From Polyangiales bacterium (GTDB lineage: Bacteria > Myxococcota_A > Polyangia > Polyangiales > Polyangiaceae): a stretch of DNA of 64,000 bases. This document shows positions 38,081 to 47,460 of the stretch, piece by piece. The stretch covers positions 96,001-160,000 of the forward strand of contig JBBRNJ010000003.1 of the NCBI GenBank assembly GCA_038230375.1, given 5' to 3'. The notes below the pieces were generated by a model, which saw only the letters and a list, made by a program, of their open reading frames with translations, made no database searches and was not told the origin of the DNA. A program made the position numbers and the translations under genes. Positions within the stretch are counted from its first letter, which is position 1; the number at the start of each line of letters is the position of its first letter.

Positions 38081-39000
38081 CAGATGTTCCCGCACGAGAA
38101 GCGGAAGAGGGGCGCGTCGCCCTCCTTCGGCACCACGAAGAGCCCATAGTCGTTCGCCCAGCGCTCGTAGACGAGGACCTCGCGCTTCTTGTCGCCGTCC
38201 ATGTCCGCGGTCGCGATCGGAAGATACTCACGCGGGCCAGGTGAGCCGCTGGCTGTATGCCAGATGGGCTGCTTCGATGCGTCGAACGCGTCCGCGCTCT
38301 CGGACACGAGATCGATCTCCGCGTCCTTCGGCCACACCGCGAGCACCGTGCGATGCGTGGTCAGCACCGTCATGCCGTCGATGACCGGCAGGTAAGGGAT
38401 GGTCTTCCCGATGCATGTATTATACATGCAACATGATGGCGCATACGGCGCAGGGATCGTCCGCTCACCCGCAGTGTCCTTGAACGGCGTGGTCCTTCGC
38501 ACGAGGTCCATGTTGCCGCCGCCACCGGTGATGCGCACGGTCGCCTTCGCGGGCATCGCCTCGGCGCAGCGCAGTCCCGCGGCAAGCCTTCCGTTCAGCA
38601 CGCACAGCACGGGCTCGAACGTGAGGACACGCACGCTCTCGGGCGTGGCCTCCGCGAGGTCCTCCTCGCCTGGCGCCGTGCGCTCGCTCGGCGCGGTGAA
38701 CAGCAGCACCGCGGTCTTCTTCCGCGAGCGCGGCTCGCTCGTGTCGTCCGCCGCGGGATAGAAGCGCTTGCGATTGGGAACATTCGCCACGTCACCCGGC
38801 ACACGAAGCACGGGCGCAGAGGAAGGAGGAGCGACCACGACAGTGAGCGGCGGCCCCGAGCTGGGCGCAGGCATCACCACCATCACAGGCAATGGAGTGC
38901 TCTTCTGCGTGGGTGGGGTGTAAGTCACCACGCCATTCGTCTGCGGAGGAGCCCCACACGCAACGACGACGCCAAGCAAGAGGAGGTGGGCCCGCGCCAT
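38080..39000 (-). CDS. Hypothetical lipoprotein
   Basis: MARAHLLLLGVVVAC lipobox; DMDGD EF/FG-GAP-like motif. TGATG coupling to the next gene. Confidence 0.65.
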   Translation of the reverse strand: MARAHLLLLGVVVACGAPPQTNGVVTYTPPTQKSTPLPVMVVMPAPSSGPPLTVVVAPPSSAPVLRVPGDVANVPNRKRFYPAADDTSEPRSRKKTAVLLFTAPSERTAPGEEDLAEATPESVRVLTFEPVLCVLNGRLAAGLRCAEAMPAKATVRITGGGGNMDLVRRTTPFKDTAGERTIPAPYAPSCCMYNTCIGKTIPYLPVIDGMTVLTTHRTVLAVWPKDAEIDLVSESADAFDASKQPIWHTASGSPGPREYLPIATADMDGDKKREVLVYERWANDYGLFVVPKEGDAPLFRFSCGNI

Positions 39001-39016
39001 GCCGCGACGATAACAG

Positions 39017-39112
39017 AAGGTCGAAGTCGAAGCCGAGGTCGAGGTCGAGGTCGAAGCCGAGGTCGAGGTCGAGGTCGAGGTCGAGGTCGAGGTCGAGGTC
39101 GAGGTCGAGGTC
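39017..39112. repeat. Hexamer tandem repeat (GAGGTC/GAAGTC/GAAGCC)x16
   Basis: Exact 6-bp register; the last 9 units are identical GAGGTC. Lies in a divergent promoter region. Confidence 0.95.
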
Positions 39113-39194
39113 GGGTTGAGGGCGCAAATGGCGGGAATTGCTTGGTTCGTCCTTTCTTGAAATTTACTGGCCCCTTCCAGCGACATTCCCGAAG

Positions 39195-39755
39195 ATGCTC
39201 GCGGCCCTCATGGAACGGATCACGCGCCAGCCTGATGCCGAGGCTCGCGAGCTCCGGCCCGCGGTGCTCCGTACGGTCGCGTGTATTCTGCATGTTTCCG
39301 TGGACGACGCCGATGCGCAGGACGCGGCGAACGAGACGCTGCGGCGCGCCTTCGAGAAGCGCGACGCGGCGCAGGGTGAGCTCAGGCCGTACGTGATGGG
39401 CATCGCCCGCCACGTCGCGCTCGATGTCATTCGCAAGAAGAAGCGCGAGCGCGCGCGCACCGTGGCCGACTCGCCTCCGTCCCCGGAGAGTGGCTCGTCG
39501 CTCCTGGATCGCATCGCGGACGACAAGGAAGCAGTGGACTCCGCGGCCGCACGCACGGAGACGCTCCGCAACGTCCGGCGCGCGCTGCTCTCGCTGGACC
39601 TTGGACCGCGACGTGCGGTCGAGCTGTTTCATCTGGAAGGCAAGAGCTACCGGGAGATCTCCGCGACGCTCGACGTCCCGATCGGGACCGTGGCTACGTG
39701 GGTCATGCGGGGGCGGAAATCGCTGCTCGATGCGGTGGGAGAGGAAGGCACATGA
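39195..39755 (+). CDS. ECF RNA polymerase sigma factor
   Basis: DAQDAANET region 2, YVMGIARH.A.D..R, and region 4 EGKSYREIS..L.VPIGTV.TW..RGR. Confidence 0.9.
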   Translation: MLAALMERITRQPDAEARELRPAVLRTVACILHVSVDDADAQDAANETLRRAFEKRDAAQGELRPYVMGIARHVALDVIRKKKRERARTVADSPPSPESGSSLLDRIADDKEAVDSAAARTETLRNVRRALLSLDLGPRRAVELFHLEGKSYREISATLDVPIGTVATWVMRGRKSLLDAVGEEGT

Positions 39756-40273
39756 CGAACAAGGATCCGTTCGACCTCGAACAAGGGCACGCGACAGACG
39801 TCGCGCTCTCCGCCCTCGCAGACGCGCAAGAGGACGTCGTCCCCAGGCTCGTCATCGCCCACGTGGACTCGTGCGAGCGCTGCTCGTCACGCATGGGCGC
39901 CCTGGCTCACCAGAGCATGCGCGCCGGCGAGTGGCTGCAGGACGCGCGGCCCGTGCAGGACATCGCGCCGGACACGGCCGCAATGGACTCCGCGAAGGTC
40001 CCGTGGCGCCTCGTCGCCGCAGGCCTGTTCGTCGCGTTCGTCGGGAGCGCGTTCGACTTCAGCGCGTCAGGCGGTGACAAGGTCCAGGCCGTCGTCTCGT
40101 TCTTCCACAACGCGCCGCTCTTCCTGCGGTCGCTCGTCAGCTCGTTCAATCATATCGCGCACGAGCGCGAGGGCTCCATCGCCCTCGCCGCCGCCACCGC
40201 GTCGCTCGCACTCTGCGCGGTCACCTTCGTGGTCGCTCGTCACCGTTTCATTCCGGAGAAGTCGTCGTCATGA
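39752..40273 (+). CDS. Putative zinc-binding anti-sigma factor (ZAS) with TM helices
   Basis: HVDSCERC (HxxxCxxC); two TM segments; ATGA overlap with the sigma gene. Confidence 0.75.
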   Translation: MTNKDPFDLEQGHATDVALSALADAQEDVVPRLVIAHVDSCERCSSRMGALAHQSMRAGEWLQDARPVQDIAPDTAAMDSAKVPWRLVAAGLFVAFVGSAFDFSASGGDKVQAVVSFFHNAPLFLRSLVSSFNHIAHEREGSIALAAATASLALCAVTFVVARHRFIPEKSSS

Positions 40274-41568
40274 AGAAGCTTTCCTCATTCCTTCTGGTCG
40301 CTGGTCTTTCGCTCTGCGCAGCAACCACGTTCGCGAACGTGAAGACCGCGGGTGACTGGCCCAAGGACGACAAGCCCGTCACCGTGAAGATCGACGCGCC
40401 GCGCGCGGAGGCGGTGAAGCAGCTCGCAGAGGCCGCAGGCTGGAACATCGTGGTCCCGGACAAGCTCGGCGGAGGAACGGAGGCGCTGCACGTCGCGGTG
40501 AAGGACGAATCGCCGCTCGCCGTGCTCGAGGCCCTGCTGGAGTCAGGCGACTTCACTGCGACGCGCCACGGCAAGCTCGTCGTCGTGTCAGAGACGAAGA
40601 ACGTGCACGCCGCCCCCGCTCCGACCACCGACGGCGCCGCCGAGGAGCCCACGGAGGCGACCGCGCCGATCGCGCCCGTTCCGCCTGCGACGGGCGAGGA
40701 CAGGAGCGTGATGGGCGGCAACGCCGTCGTCGGCCGCGACGAGCGCGTGCACGACGTGAGCGTGATGGGCGGCAACCTGGACATCTTCGGCACCGTCACA
40801 GGCGACGTGAGCGTCGTGGGCGGTCACGCCACCATCAAGAACGGCGCGCACGTGATGGGCGATGCAGTCGCCGTCGGCGGGGCGCTCGACGTGGACAAGG
40901 GCGCAAGCGTGGACGGTGACGTTGGCGTTGTCGGCGGCGTGCTCCAGCGCCACGAGGGCGCGATCATCCGCGGCAAGACAGTGTCGAGCGGCGGGAAGTT
41001 CGCGGTGAGCGACGAGGACGACAAGAACGACGCGGACGAAGGCCCCATCGGCGGCAAGGCGAAGATCCGCCACAAGATGTCCGACGCCGGCTCCGCCGTC
41101 ACGCGCGCCGCGATGCTCTTCGTCTTCGGCGTCGTGCTCCTCTCGTTCTTCAAGAAGCGTCACGACGTGATGAAGCTCGATATCGTGCACAACCCGGTGA
41201 AGGGCTTCGCCATCGGCATCCTCGCGCTGTTCCTCTCCCTCGTCGCGAGCGTGGTCCTCTGCATCACCGTCATCGGCATCCCGCTCGTGGTGATTGGCTG
41301 GCTCTTCGCCGCGCTCTGCATCTACGGCGGCGTGGTGAGCGTGCTCACGCTGGTGGGCGAGCTGGTACTCCGCCACAAGACGCAGAACTCCTACGCGCAC
41401 CTGGTGATGGGCTGCTTCATCTACCTGGTGGTGGGTGCAATCCCGGTCGCGGGCGGCGTGGTCACCGCCATCCTCTTCTTCGTTGCCATCGGCGCCGTGT
41501 GGAGGACGCGTGCCGGCGGCATCTTCGCGAAGGAACCAAAGGGGGCGAGCGTCTCGGCGAAGGCCTGA
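40270..41568 (+). CDS. Membrane protein: STN-like N-domain, bactofilin/polymer-forming beta-helix, C-terminal TM bundle
   Basis: Signal peptide; AEAVKQLAEAAGWNIVV; repeated V.GDV.VVGG units; about 5 TM helices including ITVIGIP. Confidence 0.7.
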   Translation: MKKLSSFLLVAGLSLCAATTFANVKTAGDWPKDDKPVTVKIDAPRAEAVKQLAEAAGWNIVVPDKLGGGTEALHVAVKDESPLAVLEALLESGDFTATRHGKLVVVSETKNVHAAPAPTTDGAAEEPTEATAPIAPVPPATGEDRSVMGGNAVVGRDERVHDVSVMGGNLDIFGTVTGDVSVVGGHATIKNGAHVMGDAVAVGGALDVDKGASVDGDVGVVGGVLQRHEGAIIRGKTVSSGGKFAVSDEDDKNDADEGPIGGKAKIRHKMSDAGSAVTRAAMLFVFGVVLLSFFKKRHDVMKLDIVHNPVKGFAIGILALFLSLVASVVLCITVIGIPLVVIGWLFAALCIYGGVVSVLTLVGELVLRHKTQNSYAHLVMGCFIYLVVGAIPVAGGVVTAILFFVAIGAVWRTRAGGIFAKEPKGASVSAKA

Positions 41569-41656
41569 TCACCCGCGACCCTCGCGGACGCGGCCTCGAA
41601 CGTCGCGGCGTAGCGGGAGTCGCGCCGGCGAATTCGAACGGGACGAGGATCCAGGC

Positions 41657-42050
41657 CTAGATGAGCAGGAGCGCAGCTTCTTCACACTCAGGGAATCGAT
41701 CGGTCGCCGGCGTCACCTGGTAGCCGGGCAGCGCGTGCATGGAGTGGGCGCACGTTGACGTGTTCGAGGAACAACTCCAGAGCTCGCGTGGCGATCCCTC
41801 GTCCCCAGACCTCTCGCGCGAGCCAGTAACCAACTGCATCCTGTCCGTCCAGCTTGAAACAGCTGATATCGCCCACGACCTGTCCGACGAGAATCACTTT
41901 TGCGACGATGCTCGGGTCGGCGATGGTCTCCGCCAAATGCACGTTGAATACGTCTGCGTCGCGCGCATGGGCGACAGCCATGCGATTGGCCGGATCCATT
42001 TGTTGCTGAAACAGCACCCGAAGATCGCCGAGCTCGACGTCGCGTTGCAC
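41657..42050 (-). pseudogene. RimJ/RimL-type GNAT acetyltransferase, internally deleted and frameshifted
   Basis: RDVELGDL..LF.QQMDP, VGYWLAREVWGRGIATRAL..FL and RPLHA are present. The N.AS.RVL.KCG motif is absent. A family-like tail GYQV...EEAALLLI* lies in another frame. Confidence 0.6.
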
Positions 42051-42074
42051 TCGTTCTGGCGGCAGTCGCTGGGC

Positions 42075-42761
42075 TCAGTCTTCGAAGCAGTAGACGCTGG
42101 TGACGGTGCCGGAGCTTGCACAATTGATCACACCGCTGCTCGCCCACATCATGCCCGGCGTCACGGCTCCTGTCCCCCCAAGAAGCCCGGCGTTCCCGTC
42201 CGTCCAATCCGTGCACGTCTGCGTGGGAATCGCTGCGGCGTCAGGCAGCGTTCCGGTGAATGCATAGGCTGTCGTGACCTTGCTTCCCGTTTCGTCGCGA
42301 TCGATAGCGATCGTCACGCCGCTCGCTGCGAGCTGCGACGGGCTGGTGGCGACCAGCGCGTTTGGGTCCGCAGCCTTCGTGATCGGATCGACGAGGAACC
42401 ATGGCCCTTGCCCGATCCCTGCGAGGGGGCTCGTGCCGTCTGCGCGGCCGAGCCACGGGGCGAATTGACCCTGGAGCGCGCTCGCTCCGGAGTTGCACAT
42501 CTTTAGGGCCGTCGCGCCCGTCGCGCCGCCGCTGGCCAGGAAGACGCGTTTCCGCCGCGAGGCGTCGGCGGCGTCCGCTCCGGTCGCTGCGTCCACGACC
42601 TGGCCCTCGCCGCCGTCAACGATTCCCACCATCGCCCCGTCGCCGCCGCCGCCGCCGTCAGGGGCGCCGACGTGCGCGGCATCCTGGTCCGAACCGGAGA
42701 AGGCAGAGCAGGCGGTGACGAGCGCAAACGCGAATCCGACGAGTGCCTTCCGGAACCGCAT
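42075..42761 (-). CDS. DUF1554-like lipoprotein
   Basis: Lipobox TAC; KRVFL...C, TC.DW and VYCFED. Paralogous to 4279..5061. Confidence 0.65.
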   Translation of the reverse strand: MRFRKALVGFAFALVTACSAFSGSDQDAAHVGAPDGGGGGDGAMVGIVDGGEGQVVDAATGADAADASRRKRVFLASGGATGATALKMCNSGASALQGQFAPWLGRADGTSPLAGIGQGPWFLVDPITKAADPNALVATSPSQLAASGVTIAIDRDETGSKVTTAYAFTGTLPDAAAIPTQTCTDWTDGNAGLLGGTGAVTPGMMWASSGVINCASSGTVTSVYCFED

Positions 42762-42847
42762 ACGACCAGGATATCCTGCAGCTGCGGGCGGGACAACCCG
42801 TCGTCGACTCCACAGTCCGAGAGCCACGGTGGTAGAGTGCGTGAACG

Positions 42848-44281
42848 ATGCTCGTTCGTGCGCCTGATGTCGTTCTGCCTTCCGAGAGCGCGGTGTCGCG
42901 CGCGAAGATCGAGCTCGAGCGCGCGCTGGGTCCGTCGCAGGTGGACACGTCGGAGGCCACGCGCGAGTCGTTCGCTCGCGACGAGAGCGAGGCCATCGGA
43001 AGGCTTCCGGATGCGGTCGTTCACGCCAGGACCGCAGGCGACGTCGCGAAGGTCCTCCGCATCGCGAACGAGTGTGGTGTGCCCGTCACGCCACGCTCCG
43101 GCGGCACGGGGCGCACGGGCGGCGCGGTGCCCGTGGCCGGAGGCATCGTGCTCTCCACGGCCACGCTCGCGCAGGTCTTGGAAGTGAACGCCGAGGAGCT
43201 CGTCGCCGTCGTGCAGCCGGGCGTGGTCACCGGCGAGCTGCACGAGCTGCTCGAGCGCGAAGGCCTCTTCTACCCACCCGATCCGAACAGCCTCAAGAAC
43301 TGCATGATCGGCGGCAACGTGGCGGAGAACGCTGGCGGCCCGCGGGCGTTCAAGTACGGCGTCACGCGCGAGTACGTGCTGGGCCTGGAGTCCGCGACCA
43401 TGAGCGGCGACCTCATCAGGAGCGGCAAGCGCACGGTGAAGGGCGTGACCGGCTACGACGTGACGGCGCTGCTCTGCGGCAGCGAGGGCACGCTCGCCGT
43501 CTTCACGGAGGTCACGCTCCGCCTTGTGCGCAAGCCACCCGAGGTCGCGACGGTGCTCGCGCTCTTCTCGTCCGCGGAGGCGGCGGCGCGAAGCGTGAGC
43601 GGCATCATCGCGGTGGGCCTGGTGCCGCGCTGCCTGGAGATGATGGATGCACGCACCCTCACGGCGATCCGCGCGCAGAAGGTCCCCGTGGACGCGCGCG
43701 CGAACGCGATGCTCCTCATCGAAGTGGACGGCGCCGAGGGCGAGACCCACGCCATGCTCGAGCGCCTCGGCGAGAACCTCACGGCGGCCGAAGGCATCAT
43801 CGACGTGGTGGTCGCGCAGGACGCAGCGCAGCGCGATCGCCTGTGGGAAGCGCGCCGCATGCTCTCGCCCGCCACGCGAAAGCTTGCAAAGTACAAGCTC
43901 TCGGAGGACGTGGTCGTGCCGCGTTCGCGCATCGCCGAGCTGCTCGTGCGCGTGGACGAGATCGGCGAACGAGAGAAGGTGATGCACCTCACCTACGGCC
44001 ACGCGGGCGACGGCAACCTGCACGTGAACTTCCTCTGGAACGACGACAGCGAGCGCGAGGCCATTGACCGCGCGCTCCTCTCGCTCATGAAGACCACGAT
44101 CGCGCTCGGCGGAACGCTCACAGGCGAGCACGGCATCGGCGTGCTGAAGGCGGACTACCTGCCGCTCGAGCAATCGCCGGAGCTCATCGCGCTCCAGAAG
44201 GACATCAAGCGGGTGTTCGACCCGAAGAACCTGCTGAACCCAGGCAAGATCTTCCCCACGCACGGCCACAAGGCGTGTTGA
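42848..44281 (+). CDS. FAD-linked oxidase, GlcD/D-lactate dehydrogenase family
   Basis: PRSGGTG, VQPGV, YPPDP.S, IGGNVAENAGG..AFKYGVT, GSEGTL, GHAGDGNLH, GEHGIG and NPGK. Confidence 0.93.
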   Translation: MLVRAPDVVLPSESAVSRAKIELERALGPSQVDTSEATRESFARDESEAIGRLPDAVVHARTAGDVAKVLRIANECGVPVTPRSGGTGRTGGAVPVAGGIVLSTATLAQVLEVNAEELVAVVQPGVVTGELHELLEREGLFYPPDPNSLKNCMIGGNVAENAGGPRAFKYGVTREYVLGLESATMSGDLIRSGKRTVKGVTGYDVTALLCGSEGTLAVFTEVTLRLVRKPPEVATVLALFSSAEAAARSVSGIIAVGLVPRCLEMMDARTLTAIRAQKVPVDARANAMLLIEVDGAEGETHAMLERLGENLTAAEGIIDVVVAQDAAQRDRLWEARRMLSPATRKLAKYKLSEDVVVPRSRIAELLVRVDEIGEREKVMHLTYGHAGDGNLHVNFLWNDDSEREAIDRALLSLMKTTIALGGTLTGEHGIGVLKADYLPLEQSPELIALQKDIKRVFDPKNLLNPGKIFPTHGHKAC

Positions 44282-44318
44282 GGCAACGAAGAGCAAAGAC
44301 CGGCGAGGAGAAGTCGCG

Positions 44319-44855
44319 ATGAGCATGAAGTACGAGCGCGCGCTCGAGCTGTTTCGTTCACTGGGCGCCACCGACCCCGAGTGGCGAGCAAAGGCAGAGA
44401 CGAAGGATGGAGACGCGCAGCTTGCACGCTGGCTCTTCATGCAGGGCCTCTGGTCCAACGTCATGCCCGATGAGTACGAATGGCCTGGAAAATGGGCCGA
44501 TCTCGACGCGCCAGTCCCCGCGGCAACCAGGCGCATGCTCGCGAAGGGCATCGACCACAGCGACCTCACCACCGTCGTCCGCGACGCGCAGGTGAACCTG
44601 CTCTACAACGTCTGCCAGCTCCTCGACTCCTCGGGCCACGGCATCGAGCACCTGCAAGAGCAGATCGCGGAGAACGTCGAGTGGCGCCTCGTGGAGTTCC
44701 ACGGAGAGAAGCGAAAGACCGGCCGCCTGATAGAGGGCCTCCACGAAGGCTTCCACGAGTCAGATCCCACCGGGCGAAAGGGAGAGCCGCGAGGGGAAGG
44801 GTCGAAGTCGAAGCCGAAGTCGGGGTCGAAGTCGAAGTCGAAGTCGAAGTCGTAG
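44319..44855 (+). CDS. Hypothetical protein; C-terminal SKSK tail encoded by a hexamer repeat
   Basis: ATG after AGGAG; globular-looking sequence; tail translated from (TCGAAG)n. Confidence 0.65.
   Translation: MSMKYERALELFRSLGATDPEWRAKAETKDGDAQLARWLFMQGLWSNVMPDEYEWPGKWADLDAPVPAATRRMLAKGIDHSDLTTVVRDAQVNLLYNVCQLLDSSGHGIEHLQEQIAENVEWRLVEFHGEKRKTGRLIEGLHEGFHESDPTGRKGEPRGEGSKSKPKSGSKSKSKSKS
44801..44852. repeat. Hexamer tandem repeat (GTCGAA)n, about 8-9 units
   Basis: gtcgaa gtcgaa gccgaa gtcggg then gtcgaa x4. Lies at the junction of convergent genes. Confidence 0.9.
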
Positions 44856-44873
44856 TCCTCCTCCGCCTCCTCG

Positions 44874-45761
44874 CTACATCGGCTCTTTCAGATGCTCTCT
44901 CAGCGTTGTCGGCGGTGGAATGTTCGCGTCGCGAAAGGCTCTCGCCATGGCGTCCGTGCTTCCGTAGCCCACCATCTTCGCGACGTCCGCGATCGTCGCC
45001 TCGTCCGCGCTGAGGAGCAGCACCGCGAGCCGCAGTCGGATGTGCTTCGTCGCTGGTCGCCACCCGGCGCCCACGAGCCCGAAGGTCTCCACGAACGAGC
45101 GCACGTGGCGGTCGATCTGTCTTTCCGACATCCCGGTGTTCTGGCTCACCTCGCTCATGGAGGGCGCCAGATACAGACGCTCCGCCATGGGCCGCAGCGC
45201 GCGCCACAGCCGCGCGAACGTGGGCGAGCCCTGCTTCGTCGCGACCTCGACGAGTGACTCCGAGACCGTGCCGTCGGCGCCAAGCGCGCGCAACAGATCG
45301 TAGATCGGCGCGAGCAGCTCCTCATCCGACGTGTGCTTTGCGAGATCCACGGCGTCCTTCGCGGCCTGCCACGCGGCGTCCCCGAGCTTCACCTCGCCGA
45401 AGGGTACCTGCATGTCCTTCTCCACGAAGTGCAGCTCCAGCGCGCGGAACGTGGGCATGCCCTTCGCGCGGTACGGTGCGTCGCGCTTGCCGTGCGCGCC
45501 CTCGTACTCCTCCTCCGTGAGCAGGAATGCAGTGGGCGCGTTGAACGTGCGCTTCTTCCCGCCGAGCTCCACCCAGATGCCCTCGAGCAGCACGTAGAGG
45601 ATCGCGTTGCCCTTTGGAGCGCCATCCGGCGGCGGCACGAAGCGCGTGTCGAGCGTGAAGCCATCGCGCACCACGAGCACCGCCCAGAACCTGGTCGCGA
45701 ACGTCAGCGCCCAGCGCATGCTGGCAGCACCGATCTTCGTGGAACCACGCGCGACGAGCAT
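44874..45761 (-). CDS. AraC family transcriptional regulator
   Basis: C-terminal GMSERQIDR and IADVAKMVGYGSTDAMARAFR HTH. Confidence 0.8.
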   Translation of the reverse strand: MLVARGSTKIGAASMRWALTFATRFWAVLVVRDGFTLDTRFVPPPDGAPKGNAILYVLLEGIWVELGGKKRTFNAPTAFLLTEEEYEGAHGKRDAPYRAKGMPTFRALELHFVEKDMQVPFGEVKLGDAAWQAAKDAVDLAKHTSDEELLAPIYDLLRALGADGTVSESLVEVATKQGSPTFARLWRALRPMAERLYLAPSMSEVSQNTGMSERQIDRHVRSFVETFGLVGAGWRPATKHIRLRLAVLLLSADEATIADVAKMVGYGSTDAMARAFRDANIPPPTTLREHLKEPM

Positions 45762-45847
45762 TTCCCGGGAACTCTACCCGACAACCTGCGCTCCGGGCAC
45801 GGCTCATTTGGTCTGACCCCAGGCTGACGAGCGCAAGAAATGGCGCT

Positions 45848-46693
45848 ATGGTCCGCGCCGTGGAAGGCGAGACCCAGACGAGGAAGCGTAAGAGCTTGCT
45901 CGGCGACAAACATCTCACGCCGCTCGAGCGCTTCCAGATCGGCTTCGTGCAGCGCAGCTTCGAGCCCGGGTCGGCGGACAGGACCATTCGCGTCCTGCAG
46001 CGGGTCATCGGGAGCACCTGGATCGACGTGTGCTCCCGTCGCGTGCGGCACATCATCGGTCGCGATCGACTGCCGGACCTGTCACCGCAAGACAGCGTCG
46101 TGCTGGTCTCGAACCACCGCAGCTTCTTCGATCTCTACGTCGTGGTCGGCTACCTGGTGAAGCACGGGCTCGCGCAGCGGATCATGTTCCCCGTGCGGTC
46201 CAAGTTCTTCTACGACCACCCCATGGGCATGATCGTGAACGGCGTGATGAGCTTCTTCGCGATGTACCCGCCGGTCTTCCGCGAACGTGAGCGCGCCGCG
46301 TTGAACATCGCCACCCTGGACGAGGTCGTGCGTCTGCTCGAACGCGGCGGCACCGTGGTCGGTCTGCATCCGGAAGGTCAGCGCAACAAGAGCGGCGATC
46401 CGTATGCGCTGCTCCCCGCGCAGACCGGCGTGGGTCGCATCATCCACGGCGCGAAGGTGAAGGTGGTCCCCATCTTCATCAACGGGCTCATCAACGACAT
46501 GCCCAAGCAGATCTACGGCAACCTCACCGGCACGGCGGATCCGATCGTGATCGCGTTCGGCAAGCCCGTGGACTTCAACGGCATGCTGCAAGAGCCGCCC
46601 AGCCCGCGCGTGTTCAGGCGCATCGCCGACCGGTGCATGGAAGAAGTGAAGACGCTGGGCGACGAAGAAAAAGCCTACCGCGCGAGTCTGTAG
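45848..46693 (+). CDS. Lysophospholipid acyltransferase (PlsC family)
   Basis: SNHRSFFD (HxxxxD), HPEG.R and VVPIFI.G. Confidence 0.9.
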   Translation: MVRAVEGETQTRKRKSLLGDKHLTPLERFQIGFVQRSFEPGSADRTIRVLQRVIGSTWIDVCSRRVRHIIGRDRLPDLSPQDSVVLVSNHRSFFDLYVVVGYLVKHGLAQRIMFPVRSKFFYDHPMGMIVNGVMSFFAMYPPVFRERERAALNIATLDEVVRLLERGGTVVGLHPEGQRNKSGDPYALLPAQTGVGRIIHGAKVKVVPIFINGLINDMPKQIYGNLTGTADPIVIAFGKPVDFNGMLQEPPSPRVFRRIADRCMEEVKTLGDEEKAYRASL

Positions 46694-47442
46694 AGCGGAA
46701 CGAACGTGGCGCCCACGAACGCGGTGAACGAACGCGTGGAGGGAAAGTAGGACGCGTCTCCGCCCACGTCGAAGATGAGCCACGGCTCGGGACTGTGAGT
46801 GAAAGCGAACAACAGCCCTGCGTCCATTGGCGTGCGCGGGGCTGCGTCAGAGAAGCCGTAGCTCTCGAGCATGACCCCGAAGTGCTGCGTGAGCGCGGCG
46901 CTTGCGGCGAGCGCGATCATGCCCTGCATCGCAACCTCTGCGTCGAGCGAGAGCGCGTTGGCGCCCACGTTGAGGTCCAGATGGATGGGACCCACGTCCT
47001 TCGTCACGTAGCCGGTGAAGAACGCGTCGTATGCGCGCGTGTACCCGAGCGCGCGAAAGGTCGGGACGCCGAAGCCAGCGGACATGGCGATCGCAGGCAT
47101 CCTCTCCGACTGGTCCACGACGTGCAGCTTCAGCGTGCCGATCATGTTGTCCAGGTACGTGGAGCGCACGTCGGTGCGAACGGCGCTCAACATGTTGCCA
47201 CCCAGCTGTACCTGCAATGCATGCGACACGGAGTACTTCGCCAGCAGGGGCGTGGTCAGCGCAAATCCCGTCTGCGTCCGCTTGCTTGCCACGCCCGATT
47301 CGATCTCGAGATCGCCCGCAGGGACAAGATCCGCCGTGCACGCGATCGTGGGGCGACAAGGGAGAGCATGCTCCTCGTTCGCGCGCGCGCCGGCGGGAAA
47401 GAGGAGGAGAAGGGAGAGGGCGAGGGGAGAGGGACGGGGCAA
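46675..47442 (-). CDS. Outer-membrane channel (Phenol_MetA_deg/transporter-like)
   Basis: Signal peptide; RPT.ACTAD.VPAG.LEIESG family-like N-terminus; beta-strand pattern. Confidence 0.65.
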   Translation of the reverse strand: MPRPSPLALSLLLLFPAGARANEEHALPCRPTIACTADLVPAGDLEIESGVASKRTQTGFALTTPLLAKYSVSHALQVQLGGNMLSAVRTDVRSTYLDNMIGTLKLHVVDQSERMPAIAMSAGFGVPTFRALGYTRAYDAFFTGYVTKDVGPIHLDLNVGANALSLDAEVAMQGMIALAASAALTQHFGVMLESYGFSDAAPRTPMDAGLLFAFTHSPEPWLIFDVGGDASYFPSTRSFTAFVGATFVPLYRLAR

Positions 47443-47460
47443 AGGGGAAAGGGTAGGGGT

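Noticed and set aside
39001..39186. STSTST N-terminal extension of ORF 38080..39186
   Set aside because: Read-through of the repeat. The lipoprotein signal begins at ATG 39000.
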